A stretch of 63,805 nucleotides of DNA, the filler included, from Reticulomyxa filosa (Eukaryota; Protista; Foraminifera), in assembly GCA_000512085.1 (NCBI GenBank). It is 16 parts of 16 records of this genome, joined end to end, with 100 filler letters (N's around TTAATTAATTAA, not from the genome) between each part and the next. Parts side by side here need not be neighbours in the genome. Positions count along the whole stretch, not along the records: positions 8,917 to 23,505 come from ASPP01005709.1; positions 23,606 to 27,449 come from ASPP01028548.1; 14 more parts are not named here. One strand, given 5' to 3'. Positions 12,599-26,301 of this stretch are shown here, piece after piece. Made by a program: the position numbers and the translations under genes. The notes below the pieces were generated by a model, which was given only the letters and a program-made list of their open reading frames with translations, was not told the DNA's origin and ran no database searches. Numbering within the stretch: position 1 is the stretch's first letter; every line of letters starts with the position of its first letter.

Positions 12599-14295
12599 TC
12601 TTTTTTTTTTTAAACTTGACAAAAAATACCCTTTTTCAGCATTTTGTCAATATCAACACATTTCCACGCTCTATTATTCTTTTTCGTTCAAGGTCAGCTT
12701 TGATATTCTCCTTTTTTAGGGGCTAGATTGTTAAATACTTTCATTACTGCCTTTTTTTCTTTGAACAAAGTAAATACGTTTTGAAATTCGGTCTGTGGGA
12801 AATCCAGTTCATGAAAATTGGGTCATTGATTATTAAAAATTAAAAGCGTTTTTTGAACAAGACTTGCATTTCTAGTCTTGAACACGAGTTTTCAAAGTTA
12901 AGGTATGTATCTATTTACAGTAGTTTTCGATAAGTTTTTCTTAAAAAATCGTTCAGGTTGTACTTTTAATCTGTATTCAAATGTCGTGATAAACCTTTTT
13001 ATGATAGATACAGCGGGATAAAGTTAACAGATAAAATAATACAAAAATAATACAAGTTGCTAACTCTCAACAATACATAAACTGTAGTTATTACACTTTA
13101 ATGAAATAAAATAAACAAGCGTCTTCTAATTTAACAAAAACTAACAAACTAAATACATATAAGTGCAAAAGTGCAATGTGTATCATCATATATATGAGTA
13201 CCACAATGTGTGCTAGAATATGATGCCATTGAATCTATGTAGCTAAGCCATTGACACTTTCGCATTCCCAATATTTAAAATGTGATTCAAAAAATAAAAA
13301 TATTTATCTAGTTAAAAAAAGTCACAGTGCACGTGACGTAAAATTGTTGTATCTCATTAATATTTAATGTTGAGCCCTCCAAGAAGGGCTTGTTTAGCAC
13401 AATGAAATATTTTCTTCTTTTTTTTCTTTTTCTTTTCTTTAAAATGGCTTCTCCTGGTCTTTTTCATGCACATACTTGTGTTCATTCTTGTACTGTTTCC
13501 TTTTCTTTAGTACTAATTATAATGTATTAACATTTTTTTTATTCTTATTTTTTCCCAATTGTTTTATTTGTTTCATATTTTTTATTAAAATGTTGATTTT
13601 ATTTTATTGGTGTAAGCACAATAATTATACAAAAAAGAAAAAGCACTAATTAAAAAGAATTGACATGAATGTTTATTTTTCATGGAGAAATCGATTGTCA
13701 TCATAACATAGTATAACAAAGTACAAAACACTGGGAAATTGACACAATAGCAAAAAACAGAAGATCCAAAAAAGACTAAAAAAACAAATTGAAAAAACTT
13801 TCGTTTGCATTATGAAATTCTTAACATTAAAATTTACTTTTTTGTGTTGATGCATTTTTTTAAACAAAAAAATTTAGATTAAATGCTGTTTCTTCATTCA
13901 TAAATTAGTTATATCTATAATGTTACACTTTAATAGCAATCTTTTAATCTTCTCAAAAAGATTTTTAACGAAAAATTTGAAAGATAAAGTAATGAGATAG
14001 AAGTAGTGACATACCTATGACTGCATGTTTTTTCTGATCGCTTTTCAAAACTGTCATTGATTCGTTATAACAATAACAATTATAGTGCGAGTGACACTCA
14101 AAAGACTCTAATAACAATTCAAATCTCAAAGGTGAAAAAAGCTGTTTCACAAGCACAATAATATTGAAACAAAAATGAAAAATTTCTCTTGCACACCTTG
14201 GACAAAGAAAGCAAAATGTACAGTTTCCATAACACTGGAGTTTGAGGGTCGTGTCCGTCATAAAAGTGCAAAGTTTTATAAGATAAAAGTACGCA

Positions 14296-15464
14296 ATGTG
14301 CTTACATTGCTGTGGTCGTAAAAATAGTTTTTATGGAAAGATCTGTAACAATTTGTGTGGAGAGAACATCATAGGCCGTTACTATACATTTTTTTTTGTT
14401 GCCTCTCGTACTTTTTTTCGAGCGCTCTCACTATTTGATTTACTGACCGATTTTTTGCTTTACCAGTTTGAAAACAAAATAACAAAAGATAATTAAGAGT
14501 TAGTTACGACCACAAAACATATACAAAATAAAATAGAAAATTTCAAAAAAATGGTGAGTTTTGGTTGAGTACGATACTATTTTTGAGTATCTGCGCACCA
14601 TTTTTTGTGAGCTATTCCAGTGGCGTAAAATTATTCATGACCAACGGAAAATTGCAACAAACTGAAGGATTCCTAATTATTCTACCGATATTATTTTTGT
14701 TCCCGACAGGTGTATTGTACTTTGTATTAATAGATTGCATTGAGATATTATTGTCATTGGTCGACGCTGTGGCAATTCTGCAAGGTGAACGTTTTCAGCA
14801 ACTAAGGTTACGAGAGGAGCTATGGGCTAAACAATTGGGAATGACGCGCATGGATTGGGAAGTTTTGCACTCACTCCAAACAACAGTGTACTTAACATTT
14901 CTATATTCAATAACTAGTAAACTACTTCAATTATTATTATTATTTTTTTTTTATCGACAGGGATTTAAGCGACAGAGAGCAGTTTCACATTTGATGCTAG
15001 AATCTCTGTTACGTATACTATTTTTAACAAACAAAATATTTGGAGTAGCTCCTTTTCTTCATATCGTTGTTTGATTAATTCGTTTTTTTAAAAAAAGTAC
15101 TTTTTATTTTACTTTGATGTTTGAGGATAAAAAAGTCAATCGAAGATCGTAAACCAAATATTCTAATAATCCTCTATATCCTTTCTGTTTGTCATGATAG
15201 ACCGCAACTAATCATACAAGGATTGGTCGCAAGTGGAGTAATTAAGTCGGCACTGTCTGTGTCAAATGAAGCTTTGTATTTATCAATGCTGTCAGCAGCA
15301 ACAAATGTGACATTTCAGACTATTCGTATCAAAATGGAGGCACAAACAGTACGTGAAAATTGGCTTCAGTACACGGTTAACTGTATCATGGCTCGAATAG
15401 ACTGGACGCCATACTTGTACATAGCAATACAAATTACAGACATAAATATATATATATATATACA

Positions 15465-15498
<34 letters not shown>

Positions 15499-17416
15499 CG
15501 TATTATATAGTTTTTGTATGTGTACACGTAGTTTTGGTTTATGTGATCGTGGAATACTAGACATGAAATTGATGAAATAAGATTGAAAAAACTTTCGATG
15601 GCACACACGATTGACTACAATCACATGAAAATTTGCAATTTATGTATGTGTTTTGAACCGAATATGGTGTATGACTTCAGCGATGTATCTATTAAGTTTG
15701 GATTTGTTACTAACTATATAGCCCAAAGAATGTAGTATACAGACAGCAATTTTCACGCTTCTTTTTTTTTTTATGTCACGTATGTATGTACAAACAAAAA
15801 TAAAACAAACAGCAAATTGGCAGCCTCAGCCTTTTGCTTACCCAAAATCCTAAGAAAAGACTTACGACAATAAAAATGGGCAAGGCATGCAAATTGGTGA
15901 GCATTCATTCGGTAGTGCAGTTAATGGAAGCATGCAAAGATCGAGTGACTTTGGATGACATCCACGATCCAGAGCATTTTCCATGGCAGCAATGTATCAA
16001 TCTAGCAGCGAAAGAAGGCCGAGATATTCGCATCAGTTCGTATGCGTATCTGCAGACCACCTCGCAGCCTTTATTGATTGCCTTGCTCAATTCTGGTTTT
16101 GATGAAAAGGGAAAAATTTTCCAGCTCCTTTTACAAAATGGTGCACACACACACACACACAAAATATTATATACATATATGCATGTACACGTATACATAT
16201 GAGACATATTTATAATTTATACAATTATTATCTCGATCAATTAAACGAATGATACAATAACGTTGTATGATGCTAGATATCGATGTAAATTTATTGGATG
16301 ACAAAGGACGATCAATAATTTTTCATTTGGTAATCGGGATGAAGCACAAACAATTGACGTATTTATTTGGCGTATGCAAAAAAAAAAGCGTCACGTATTT
16401 TTGAATTTCACTGACAGCCTCGGCTTCACGCCATTGTATTACGCATTGCAAGTACACTCCGAAGAAAGACAACTCTTTTACAAAGCCCAAGTGCTCCCCC
16501 AATACGCAGGAAAGAGTGGCATGTCCCGTCACTCCTCTGCCCCATCGGGTCTTATTGTCGTGCCAACAGCCATCACTGGCTCCGACTCTGTGCGTGATAT
16601 CAAAGAGCGAGTCAAAACATCGGTCAAGTATTGGCTATACGAAATACTATTGGAACATGGCGCCGATCCGAATTACATGTGTCACGACAAATCACCACTT
16701 GCTTATGCTTTGGAGAATAAAGAGCGAGAAGTTTTGAATGATCAAATAAAAATTTTTTTTGGAGATACGATTTTGTGACATGAAATTTTGTTTATTTTGT
16801 TTTTAATTAAAAAAAAAGATGTTAACAGTGTTAAGCAAAAATAAGGCAGTGTTAAACACGTACGACATATCCGTGCTATGCCAAGCAATGGTTGAAAATA
16901 TGGACGAGCGCAAGACCGAAGAAACGAAAGCGACAGAAAATAATGTGCCAGTGGAACCGGTGAACGAGATAATAAAGGAGGTAAAACAACCAACGAAGAC
17001 TCAAGTGAACGTGAACAATCTGCGAATTAACACCAATTGGAAGCAACAACAAATGACTCAGAAGAAAAGAGCATCGCTTCCGTTAGAGACAACTTATCAA
17101 TTGCGACAAAGAGGCCATGGCGCACGTGCGTTCAACGTGAAGGATAAGATGGTACGAAGGTACGGCTATGGCACGCCCGATGGTTTTGTGCGCAAGAAAA
17201 ACAACAACAATAACAATCATCGAAGTTCGATTGTACAGCCGATTGGCGAGTATCAGATGACAAGGACGCCGGATAACGAAAGTAATTATATGGATAGCGA
17301 AGATAGTGAGGATAGCGAGGATGAAGAAGAGGACAATGACAATCGTCCGTCTCCGGATTTACAATCGGTTGGAGAGAATGCACAATTTCGGGAACCTCCG
17401 GATTATTTTGAAGATG

Positions 17417-17452
<36 letters not shown>

Positions 17453-20393
17453 GCCAAGACGATAAGGACAAGAATAACAATGACCACGAAGAAAAATATA
17501 AAGATATGGAATCAAAGTTAGATACGGATGAAAGGAATGATCATGACCTTGGAAACCAAGGAAGAGGAAGAAATATGGAGTTAATAGAAAACAATGAGGT
17601 ACAAGAGCGCGTGAATAGCATCCTCTCGGAAATAGAGTACAATGGCAACACTGCCACTCCGATTCCCACGTCTTGCATGCCTACACTCCAACCTCATTTC
17701 AGTACATCACTTTCATCCTCATCGATATCTCGCCGAGCGGCAAACGAAAGTCGGGCAATGTCGTCGGAGGAAGAACAGTCGCCCATTGAGAATGCGTTGG
17801 ACGAAGCGGAAGAATACGAAATCATTCGAGCTTTTGCAAACGAACATGAAAATACCTTTTTCAATGCATTCCGGCTGCTTACGTATTCCAGCCGAATTCT
17901 AGATGCGTCGATCGTTAACATGCGCGGTGAGACCCCTTTGCACATTTTGTGTCGCGATAGCGATCATAACAAGTATTTAGTGGATCAACTCAGTTATTTG
18001 CTAGCTTATTGTGACGAATGGAGATTTGTTAAAGACAAACATGAACAAATACCTTTGCACTTTGCTTTCTACAATCAAAATAGCGAAATGATGGACTTGC
18101 TCTTAAGTTTCAAACCATTCCATTTAATTTGAAGAGGCAAAAAAAAAAAAAAAACCTTGCATTTATGTACGTATACATATATATATATATATATTTTTTT
18201 TTTTTGAAAAAAAAAACAAACGAGATTTACGTAGAATCATATGCTTACGAAACATAAATAAAAATAAAAGAGCCAGGGAAAAAAGACACGAGTGAAAGTG
18301 CACACAGACAATTGAGCATTGTGGTAAGTAATGATCATGGAGTGAAAGCGTCGTGGAAGTGGCTCAAACATCTAGCGCAACAATTACTCGATAACATGTC
18401 CATCGAACCACAGACCTCTTTCGATGACCCCATCGTATATCCATCACAGAAAAAATCAAAGGATAAGCTGGGATCGACCGAGGCAGAACATCGAACTCGG
18501 ATCCGAATACTGTTGGATTTTAGCTTTGCTTCGCTCTTGAAAGATGGAACTAGTTTCGAAGACAATGTCGAAGGCACACACAATTTCAAGCGCATATTGC
18601 ATTTGTTTCAAACGGAGTTTGAATTTTCTGCTAAAAGCCGATCCAATCGACCTTCGCAGTTATTCGCTAGTCAAAAGGAAAATTTTGCAGCTGCCACAAG
18701 TGATCCCTCCTCGCTCCAAATGAATTATTCTGCTCCAAATGACGATGAAGAAATTGATGTACTAAATAATGTCATCTAACAAAAAATATGCATATATATA
18801 TATATATATATATATATGTGTATATGTATAATATATATATATATATATATATATTGGATAAGTGTAATCTTTCTTTTAATATGCTCTCCACGTAACGACG
18901 CATTACGTATGTGCTATCATATTTGTGTGTGTATGTGATCATGTTCACTCAGGAAAAACAAAACGAGGAATATAAGCAGAAGAACCAATATCAATTTGCC
19001 AAAAGCGTTGAAAAAAAAAGGATGGAATTGATTTGCTACAGTCTTGAACGACATAACAGTGGTAATTCAATGTATCGACACAGCAGCCAGCAGAGACAAG
19101 ATTTGGAAAAAAAGCACTCTGACACCCAAAGCATGCGATTCGACAAAAAAGAAGCCAATTTGCGCGAGAATATTCTGGCAGCATCCTCGAGCGAACTGCA
19201 GTTAGTGACTATTTTGCACCAAGAGGACGCCAGTAGCATAAAGCCTCAAGATAATGATATGGAGACTAGCGTGCCTCCACATCTCTTTATTGATGAAGAC
19301 GAAAATGACGTACCCACTGTCCCTGAAAGTAACACTGCGGAAAAAATAAAACAAGAAGAACACGAAAGAATACAACGATTGATTAATCCTACCAACTTCA
19401 TTGACATTGCACATACCACATTTGTCGAGCTCTTGTCGTTGGCTGATTTTATTACTGATATCATTGTATTAATTATGTTTATTCAAATTCGACATCAAGC
19501 GTGGGCAAGTATTACTTTAGCCTTTTTTTTTTTATTTTATTTTATTTTATTTTAATTTTTGAAAAAGCGTATATTCATAATATTCACATATGTGGAAGTA
19601 AATAAATGTATACGTATGCATATATTTACGTATATGCATATATACACGATTTAAAATTAGATTTAATGATACTATCAATGATTGCTCCTTATCTTGTGGC
19701 GTACACTGCTTTTGGTAGTTTGCTTCAGGGCAATCAATTGTATGATTATGGATACAATGACGGTAAAAGCAGCCAATCGATGCAATCGAACGAGATGGAC
19801 AAGCGCAAATACACTATCAAATCGCTTTGTCAAGTACTATTCACCTTGGCTCTAATAACGCCCTTGTCCATTATGTATTTCGTTGCAATTGATGTGTTGT
19901 TCATACTTCTGGAAACATGTTCGTTCTTTGTCAATTTGCTTTCTTGTGGAAAATACGCATTACAAATTAGAGAGTTATCATCTTCGGCTTTACAAAAAAT
20001 GCTGGGTTTGACGTATATGCAAGCGATGGGCTATCGCAGGTTCGCACTTTTTTTTTTTTTTTTATCTTTTCGTTTCGGATATTTGTTGTGTATTGTGTTG
20101 CTCTTTGTGAATGACAAAAGATGTCGAACTTTATCTCAATTGATGTTTGAGTCAATACCTCAATTCATCTTGCAAGTGCAAGTGTTGATCTATGCAAAGA
20201 CTCATGTTATGCAGAGTACCACCTCGAAAAAAGAGTTTGACGTCTCTTGTTTAATTTTATCAGTCGTTTTGACGTTGATCCACATCAGTGTGGAGTTGTG
20301 GATGCTAAGTGTTGAAGGTATCAAATAATAATAATAATAACAATTATTATTAAAACTATTTGATTTAACTTTTATTTTTTAAAATATATGTAC

Positions 20394-20428
<35 letters not shown>

Positions 20429-23400
20429 CATGTATATATTCATATTTATATCCATATCATGTCCTTCCAACCCACACAGCGCACGCAGCGAGGATGAGAC
20501 TATGGGATTACATGATCCTATGTTTGGGTGGACGTTTGGATTGGGTACCTTTTTCACATTTGTTGAAAAGATGCGCGAGAGAGATGAAGCAAGACACATT
20601 TGCATCAAAAAAAGCAAAACGCGGGAAATCGCAACACGTGGACTCACCAAAAACGCCCACTACAAAACTATGGATGGAACATTTTCAGACGTTGTTGGCA
20701 TCGAGGTTTGACCCATACGTAATCCTTAACAGTAGCAATGACCAGCATATTGTTGTAGATAACAATGGTGTCCATTACATTGTATTTGATTTTGAACATC
20801 TCGTTACCATATTTCTGTGTGGCAAGCAGCCTTATCGTTTGGAGTTCCAATTCAGTGATACCACGTTACGAAAATTAGTGGAAATCCTGTATTTGATTCC
20901 ATATCACGAAGACGAAACGACAGAATCGATTATGGACCTGTTTCAAAAAATGCATTCACCTCACATACCTTTGCTCATTGACGAGTCGGAAAAAGCTATC
21001 AAATATGGAAAGCCTATTTTACTCTTTGGTCCAAACTGTTGTAAACGTGTGCATTTGTCTGCATTAAAAGATCTGCACATTGCCGCAAAAGGACGGTTTG
21101 TTTGGTTGTTTTTTTTTTTTTTGTCATAAATGTACAGCACAAATACGTATATTTGCGTTGTTTTTTTTTTTTAAAAAAAAAAATGTGCGCATTGTCGCAA
21201 AGTGTGCATTTGTTATGGAACGACATAAATTGGGATGACATCATCAAGCAAAGTATTGTTGCGGAAGGTCACAATTTGAGACGTCAACTCCGAATAGCAG
21301 AGAAAAAAATTATTCGATTGGAAAAGGAAACAAGATTGGAATTTACAGATGTAAACTTTTTTTTTTGGTTCATATTTCCAAAAAAAAAAAAAAATTAACT
21401 TGCATGTATATATGATTACATTACAAACACATACACATACATACATATATATAAAAGGAACAACCAACATGTCATTGCGGTGAATTAATGGTTAAAACCT
21501 TTGCAAGGAACTGCTATGAAGGATCTCGATCAATTATCTGTGCACATTGTCAAGAAATGAAAGCTGGTCAAGCCCCCGTGTGGCACTGCCCAACGGGAAT
21601 TCGGAAATGGCATCCCATGGGAAATGATATTTGTCTGAATTGTGTCGACAAAAGCAAAGTTGGAAAATATTTCTTATTTCCCTTTACTCATACTTGACTT
21701 GTTAATTTTTTTTTTTTTTTTTTTTGTGTGTTTGCACAAATACAACAAAAACAAGTTACGACAAACACAACAATCATTCTTTGGATCGAGCGAATTAATA
21801 CAAGCGAAGCAGAAAAAGGAAGATATTGGACGGCAATATGATCTGTACCAAATTCGTCTGAGCGAAATCGATCAGTTTTATTTGGACCTCATTCAAGCAG
21901 GAGATCCATACTTGATCACCAAATTGCGAAGTATCATAAAGGACAAGCTTTCTCAAGTGTGCACTACGAACCTTCAGTCTTTGCTTCTGCAATTGGATTT
22001 GTTCCATCACAATATTCTTCGGAATTTTAGTCGAGTCGGGGTTTATTATCACACCTCTCCAGATCTGTTGCAACAATTGGCCAAACGAATTATTCATTTT
22101 GTTTCGCGGACAGATTGGAGTCCTTCCGTCATCTCAAAGATTCTTATTTATATGTGGAGTGTTGGGGGTATATATATGTATATGCATATATGCTTAGCTC
22201 TTTTTTTTTTTTTTTTTGTTTAATCCCTCCCGTAAATAAATATGCAAAAAAAAAAAGGGGGGGAGACTATATACAACTCTTCTCTAAATGCATTCCACAA
22301 AAGTTTGAATGATGAAACAAATAGGATTTTATATCTCTTGTGGAGAGAAAAAAGAAAAGGAGAACTCGCACAAAACCATTATGGACTATTGCAGTGAGCA
22401 CCTACAAAATCATGGATATAGCCACTCACTGTTTTTGAGATTGAATTATCTTATTTATTATGAGGCCAAACTTTGCATTCAAGTTGCATTCCAAGAAACT
22501 GTCCTCGAAGAATTTGATCACCACGAGATCCAACATACCAAATCTCCTTCCTATGATCTTCGTAAAAAAATTTTTTTTGCTTTTTGACAACTAGATTCAC
22601 TCTTTCCAAAAAAAAAAAATCAGAGATGTTTATTAAAACAGATTGTTGTATCTATATTCTGCAGGCAGTTGGTCAAATGTGGACGAGACTGAAAAAATTA
22701 GTCCGATAGACGGACACTCAACGAAAAGACAATCGACTCAAAGACGGCCAACACAAGAAAGATACATTGCATTGCCACAGCAGGGAAGAACAGCCCGAGT
22801 CGTTAACCATGAAGTGTTGGTGACATTCAAATGGAAATATGCCGAAAGGTTTTTCCTCTTGCGTGAAGCGGTATTAGAAAATTACTTGCTGAAAGACATT
22901 CCGCCAATCCCGCAGAAAAAATCAAAGCCTGAAAATGACATATCCCCACTAGACAGCGAAAACGAAACTACCAGTGTCAACGCAAACAAATCTGAGGACG
23001 ACAATGACAATGAGGAAATGCTTGTATATAAAATCCAGCTTCCATCAAAATTTACGTCCAGTTCTGCGCTAGAATTGCTCAGCAATGTGTTGGAACGCCA
23101 AGATATAACATTGACCGCGGATCAACTTAATGAACTCGACAATTGTTATCACAAAACCTGTTTTGTTTTGTTTTGTTTTGTGGCTGAAATGAGTTTGTGT
23201 AACATTTGAATAGTGATCATTCGTCTGGGCATGAGCCATGCGTTCAATGAATACTTATTGTACACGATGGTGGCACGAGAGAAAATTGAACGATCTGAAG
23301 AAGAAAGAGGACGTGCCTGCTTGGTGATAAGGGAATATAAACACTTTGAAACTCACAAACTAAACATATCCTTAACCCCTTTCAAGCAATGGAGAGTTTT

Positions 23401-23505
23401 TACCATCGATTTGGAGCATTTACAGATATTTGGCGTTAAGTCCATCGAAATCGAATTGGACCTGAAATGTGAGCCCTATCGAAAGAAGTTACAAAACCCG
23501 CTTTT
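14296..23505 (+). CDS. Very large multi-exon membrane protein: XK-like TM domain 1, ankyrin repeats, acidic linker, XK-like TM domain 2, Cys/His finger; 3'-truncated
   Basis: A chain of plus-strand exons with GT-AG introns. 'FDLLTD...LMLESLPQLIIQ' and 'ADFITD...LMFESIPQFILQ' match the XK-related ExxPQxxxQ motif. Ankyrin motifs GFTPLYYAL, LLEHGADPN, GETPLHIL and QIPLHFA are present. Confidence 0.75.
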
Positions 23506-23784
23506 NNNNNNNNNNNNNNNNNNNNNNNNNNNNNNNNNNNNNNNNNNNNTTAATTAATTAANNNNNNNNNNNNNNNNNNNNNNNNNNNNNNNNNNNNNNN
23601 NNNNNATAACCTCTCTTTTGGTTTATACCTCTATGCTTCTACTTTCCTCTCTTTTTCTCAACTATTTTGTATTTATTTCATCCGATCGCCCTGATAAGGG
23701 ATATAAGCGATAAAAAATTATAGTGACGCTTGTAATATTTTAGATTAGCTTTAATATATTATAGGGATTAAATGAAGAATAATT

Positions 23785-24237
23785 TTGATGTTTCAGTTAA
23801 TGAATGTAAAGTTTGGTTTAATTATGACAATCTTAATTTTGTGCAATGATGTATATGTAGAAAATGCTAAAACAAGCACTCCTAACAAAATTAATTTACC
23901 AGTAGATTACACCCATGATCCATTGAAAGATACTAGTGATAAAGACAATGATATTATAGATGATATTTCAGTCAAAATGCTGCTAAAGGATGATAAGCTG
24001 GATAAAATCTGTTCAGATGAGAATAATCAGTTTTATGTAGGGCTGGAAGAGCAGAATAAATTTGCTACTGGTTCTAATAAAGCGATGAATGGTGAAATCA
24101 ATGAAGTTCAAAAGTTTAAGAAGAATATGAAGGAATCCAATAAGCCAAAAAACAATATTAATCCGCTAGTACCAACATTTGGCTTCCGTTTACCTATAAA
24201 TCCTGATAAAAATACACCCAAAGGCAATTCTAACTAA
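23785..24237 (+). CDS. Hypothetical bacterial protein with an N-terminal hydrophobic (signal-like) segment
   Basis: Intron-free 150-aa ORF 12 bp upstream of nfuA in the bacterial-style contig. Confidence 0.6.
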   Translation: MMFQLMNVKFGLIMTILILCNDVYVENAKTSTPNKINLPVDYTHDPLKDTSDKDNDIIDDISVKMLLKDDKLDKICSDENNQFYVGLEEQNKFATGSNKAMNGEINEVQKFKKNMKESNKPKNNINPLVPTFGFRLPINPDKNTPKGNSN

Positions 24238-24249
24238 ATAATTATCAAT

Positions 24250-24800
24250 ATGTTCATTCAAACGCAGGAAACTCCTAATCCGCAAACATTAAAATTTATT
24301 CCAGGAGTAACATTACTAAAGTCATGTACCCTAAGTTTCTTGCGAGATGAGGATTATACTTCATCACCCTTAGCAATTGAAATTTTTAAAATTGAAGGTG
24401 TAAAAGGAAATTATTTATTTCAGATGATTTTATAACGATTACCAAAGAGCCATCATTGAAATGGGAGATTCTTAAACCCATGGTATTGGCTTGTATTATG
24501 GACCATTTAGTTGCAGGTTTTCCTATAATAAAAGAATCAGTGATAAAAGATGAAGAATTTTCTGAAGTAGAAACTGAAATTATTAAACAGATTAAAGAGA
24601 TAATTGAAAGCAGAGTGAGACCAACCGTTGCGCAAGATGGTGGAGATATCATATATAAAGGATTTAAAGACGGTACTGTTTATTTAGAATTACAAGGGTC
24701 ATGCTCTGGATGCCCTAGTTCAACGATCACCTTAAAAAATGGAATTGAAAATATGTTAAAATATTATGTTCCTGAAGTTAAAAATGTTGAATCGATTTAA
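24250..24800 (+). CDS. nfuA: NifU/NfuA-type Fe-S cluster carrier (Nfu_N + NifU C-terminal domain) with one apparent frameshift at ~24405-24412
   Basis: MFIQTQETPNPQTLKFIPG, SPLA, DFITITK, VRPTVAQDGGDI and LQGSCSGCPSSTITLKNGIENML. The two halves lie in different frames around AAAAGGAAA. Confidence 0.93.
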
Positions 24801-25738
24801 TGTCTCTTAAACAAATTATATATGTTATTACTGACTATATTAATGCAAGGGTGAAGGGAAGTGAGAGAAAATTTTTAACAGGTTTGATTAAAGCGCTCTG
24901 GGATGGTTATCGCCGTGATATTTCATTTCAGGATCATATTTCAAACAATAATCAATTATACCTAGATCATTTTGCCATAATCGATTTGCCATCAGAGAAC
25001 TCCGGAAAAAATAATCTAGAAAAAATTATTAAAAAATTAGGGTTTATTACGGCTGGTCATGGTTATATTGCTGAAAAACAAAATCCATTTTTATGGATGC
25101 GGGATAAAAATCATTTAGATAAAAATCCCAAAAGCTGTTTGCCTCAAGTTGTATTAGCAGATTTTAGATTAAACGAACTTTCTACTAAATTAAGGCTAAT
25201 AGTAGAAAAATATGCAGCGTTTGCAAAATCAATAGATAATCATAAGTTAGAATACTTTGAGGAATTGTTAGCTAAAGGGGATGCAAAGGTAATTCCATTA
25301 TATGTAGAATTTTTACAGGATTATTTAACATCAAGACCTTGACCCTTACCAACTTTGCAAGAGTATGAAATAGCAAAAAATGAAAATGAGTTAATAGCTT
25401 GGGTATTGTTATTTGGAAAGAAAATCAATCATTTTGGTATATCCGTCCATCTATTAGAAGGATATAATAATTATCTTATAAAAGATGGATTAGTGGAATG
25501 CAATAAATCGCCGAATATAATTAAAGGTAGCAAGCATTGTGGAATAGCTCAATCCTCATCGTTAGGGGATGAGGTAAAAATAAGCTTAAACGGCGAAGAG
25601 ATTATTACTCGAAATAGCTTTATGGAATTTGTTTGGCGATATGCTAGAGTAGATAAACCATTAACCGCTGGAGATTATTTTCCAGAGTTTATAGCTATAA
25701 ATGCTAATCACCTTATCTAATCTTTATATAAAAATAAT
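24800..25738 (+). pseudogene. DUF1338-family (VOC/glyoxalase-fold, HglS-like) protein with premature stops
   Basis: LDHFAIIDLP, PQVVLADFR, NELIAWVLLFGKKINHFGISVH, IIKG, QSS and FMEFVWRY. ORFs 24800..25342 and 25355..25720 are in the same frame, split by TGA (RP*PLPT). A second stop occurs in NHLI*SLY. Confidence 0.75.
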
Positions 25739-25802
25739 CACTAACAATCGTATTTCAAAATATACTAATTCTAAAATCGAAATAAAATTTGAATAGAGGA
25801 AA

Positions 25803-26294
25803 TTAACGTTTAGAGAATTGGAAGCTTTTACGAGCTTTTTTATGCCCGAACTTTTTACGCTCTACTGCTCTACTATCTCTAGTAAGAAAACCGCCCTTTC
25901 TTAAAGTTTTATGCATATCGGGATCAATTACATATAAAGCTCTACTGATTCCATGCCTTAATGCTCCAGCTTGACCTGAAAGGCCACTTCCTTTTACACT
26001 GCAGTTTATGTCAAATTGACCAACTGAATTTGTAGCAGCGAGGGGTTGATTTATAATCATTCTTAAAACGGGGCGAGCAAAATATTGTGCAATATCTCTG
26101 CCATTGACAATAATTTTTCCATTGCCTCTTGATACCCACACTCTAGCAGTTGCTTCTTTTCTTCTGCCTGTCGCGTAAGTTTTATCAGTTGCTTTAATGC
26201 TTTTAATAACTACTTTAGCTGCAGGTTTAGCGCTTACAGCTTTTGTCTTTTTAATTGCTTTGGTTGCTTTTGGTTTAGTAACTACTGTTGCCAT
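25803..26294 (-). CDS. rpsI: 30S ribosomal protein S9
   Basis: [47 protein letters not shown] and C-terminal QFSKR. It has a K/A-rich alphaproteobacterial-type N-terminal extension. Confidence 0.98.
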   Translation of the reverse strand: MATVVTKPKATKAIKKTKAVSAKPAAKVVIKSIKATDKTYATGRRKEATARVWVSRGNGKIIVNGRDIAQYFARPVLRMIINQPLAATNSVGQFDINCSVKGSGLSGQAGALRHGISRALYVIDPDMHKTLRKGGFLTRDSRAVERKKFGHKKARKSFQFSKR

Positions 26295-26301
26295 AAATTC
26301 C

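Noticed and set aside
25340-25342. UGA=Trp (genetic code 4) in the symbiont
   Set aside because: The other Trp codons checked in the neighbouring ORFs are TGG and the same gene has a second premature TAA. A nonsense mutation is more parsimonious.
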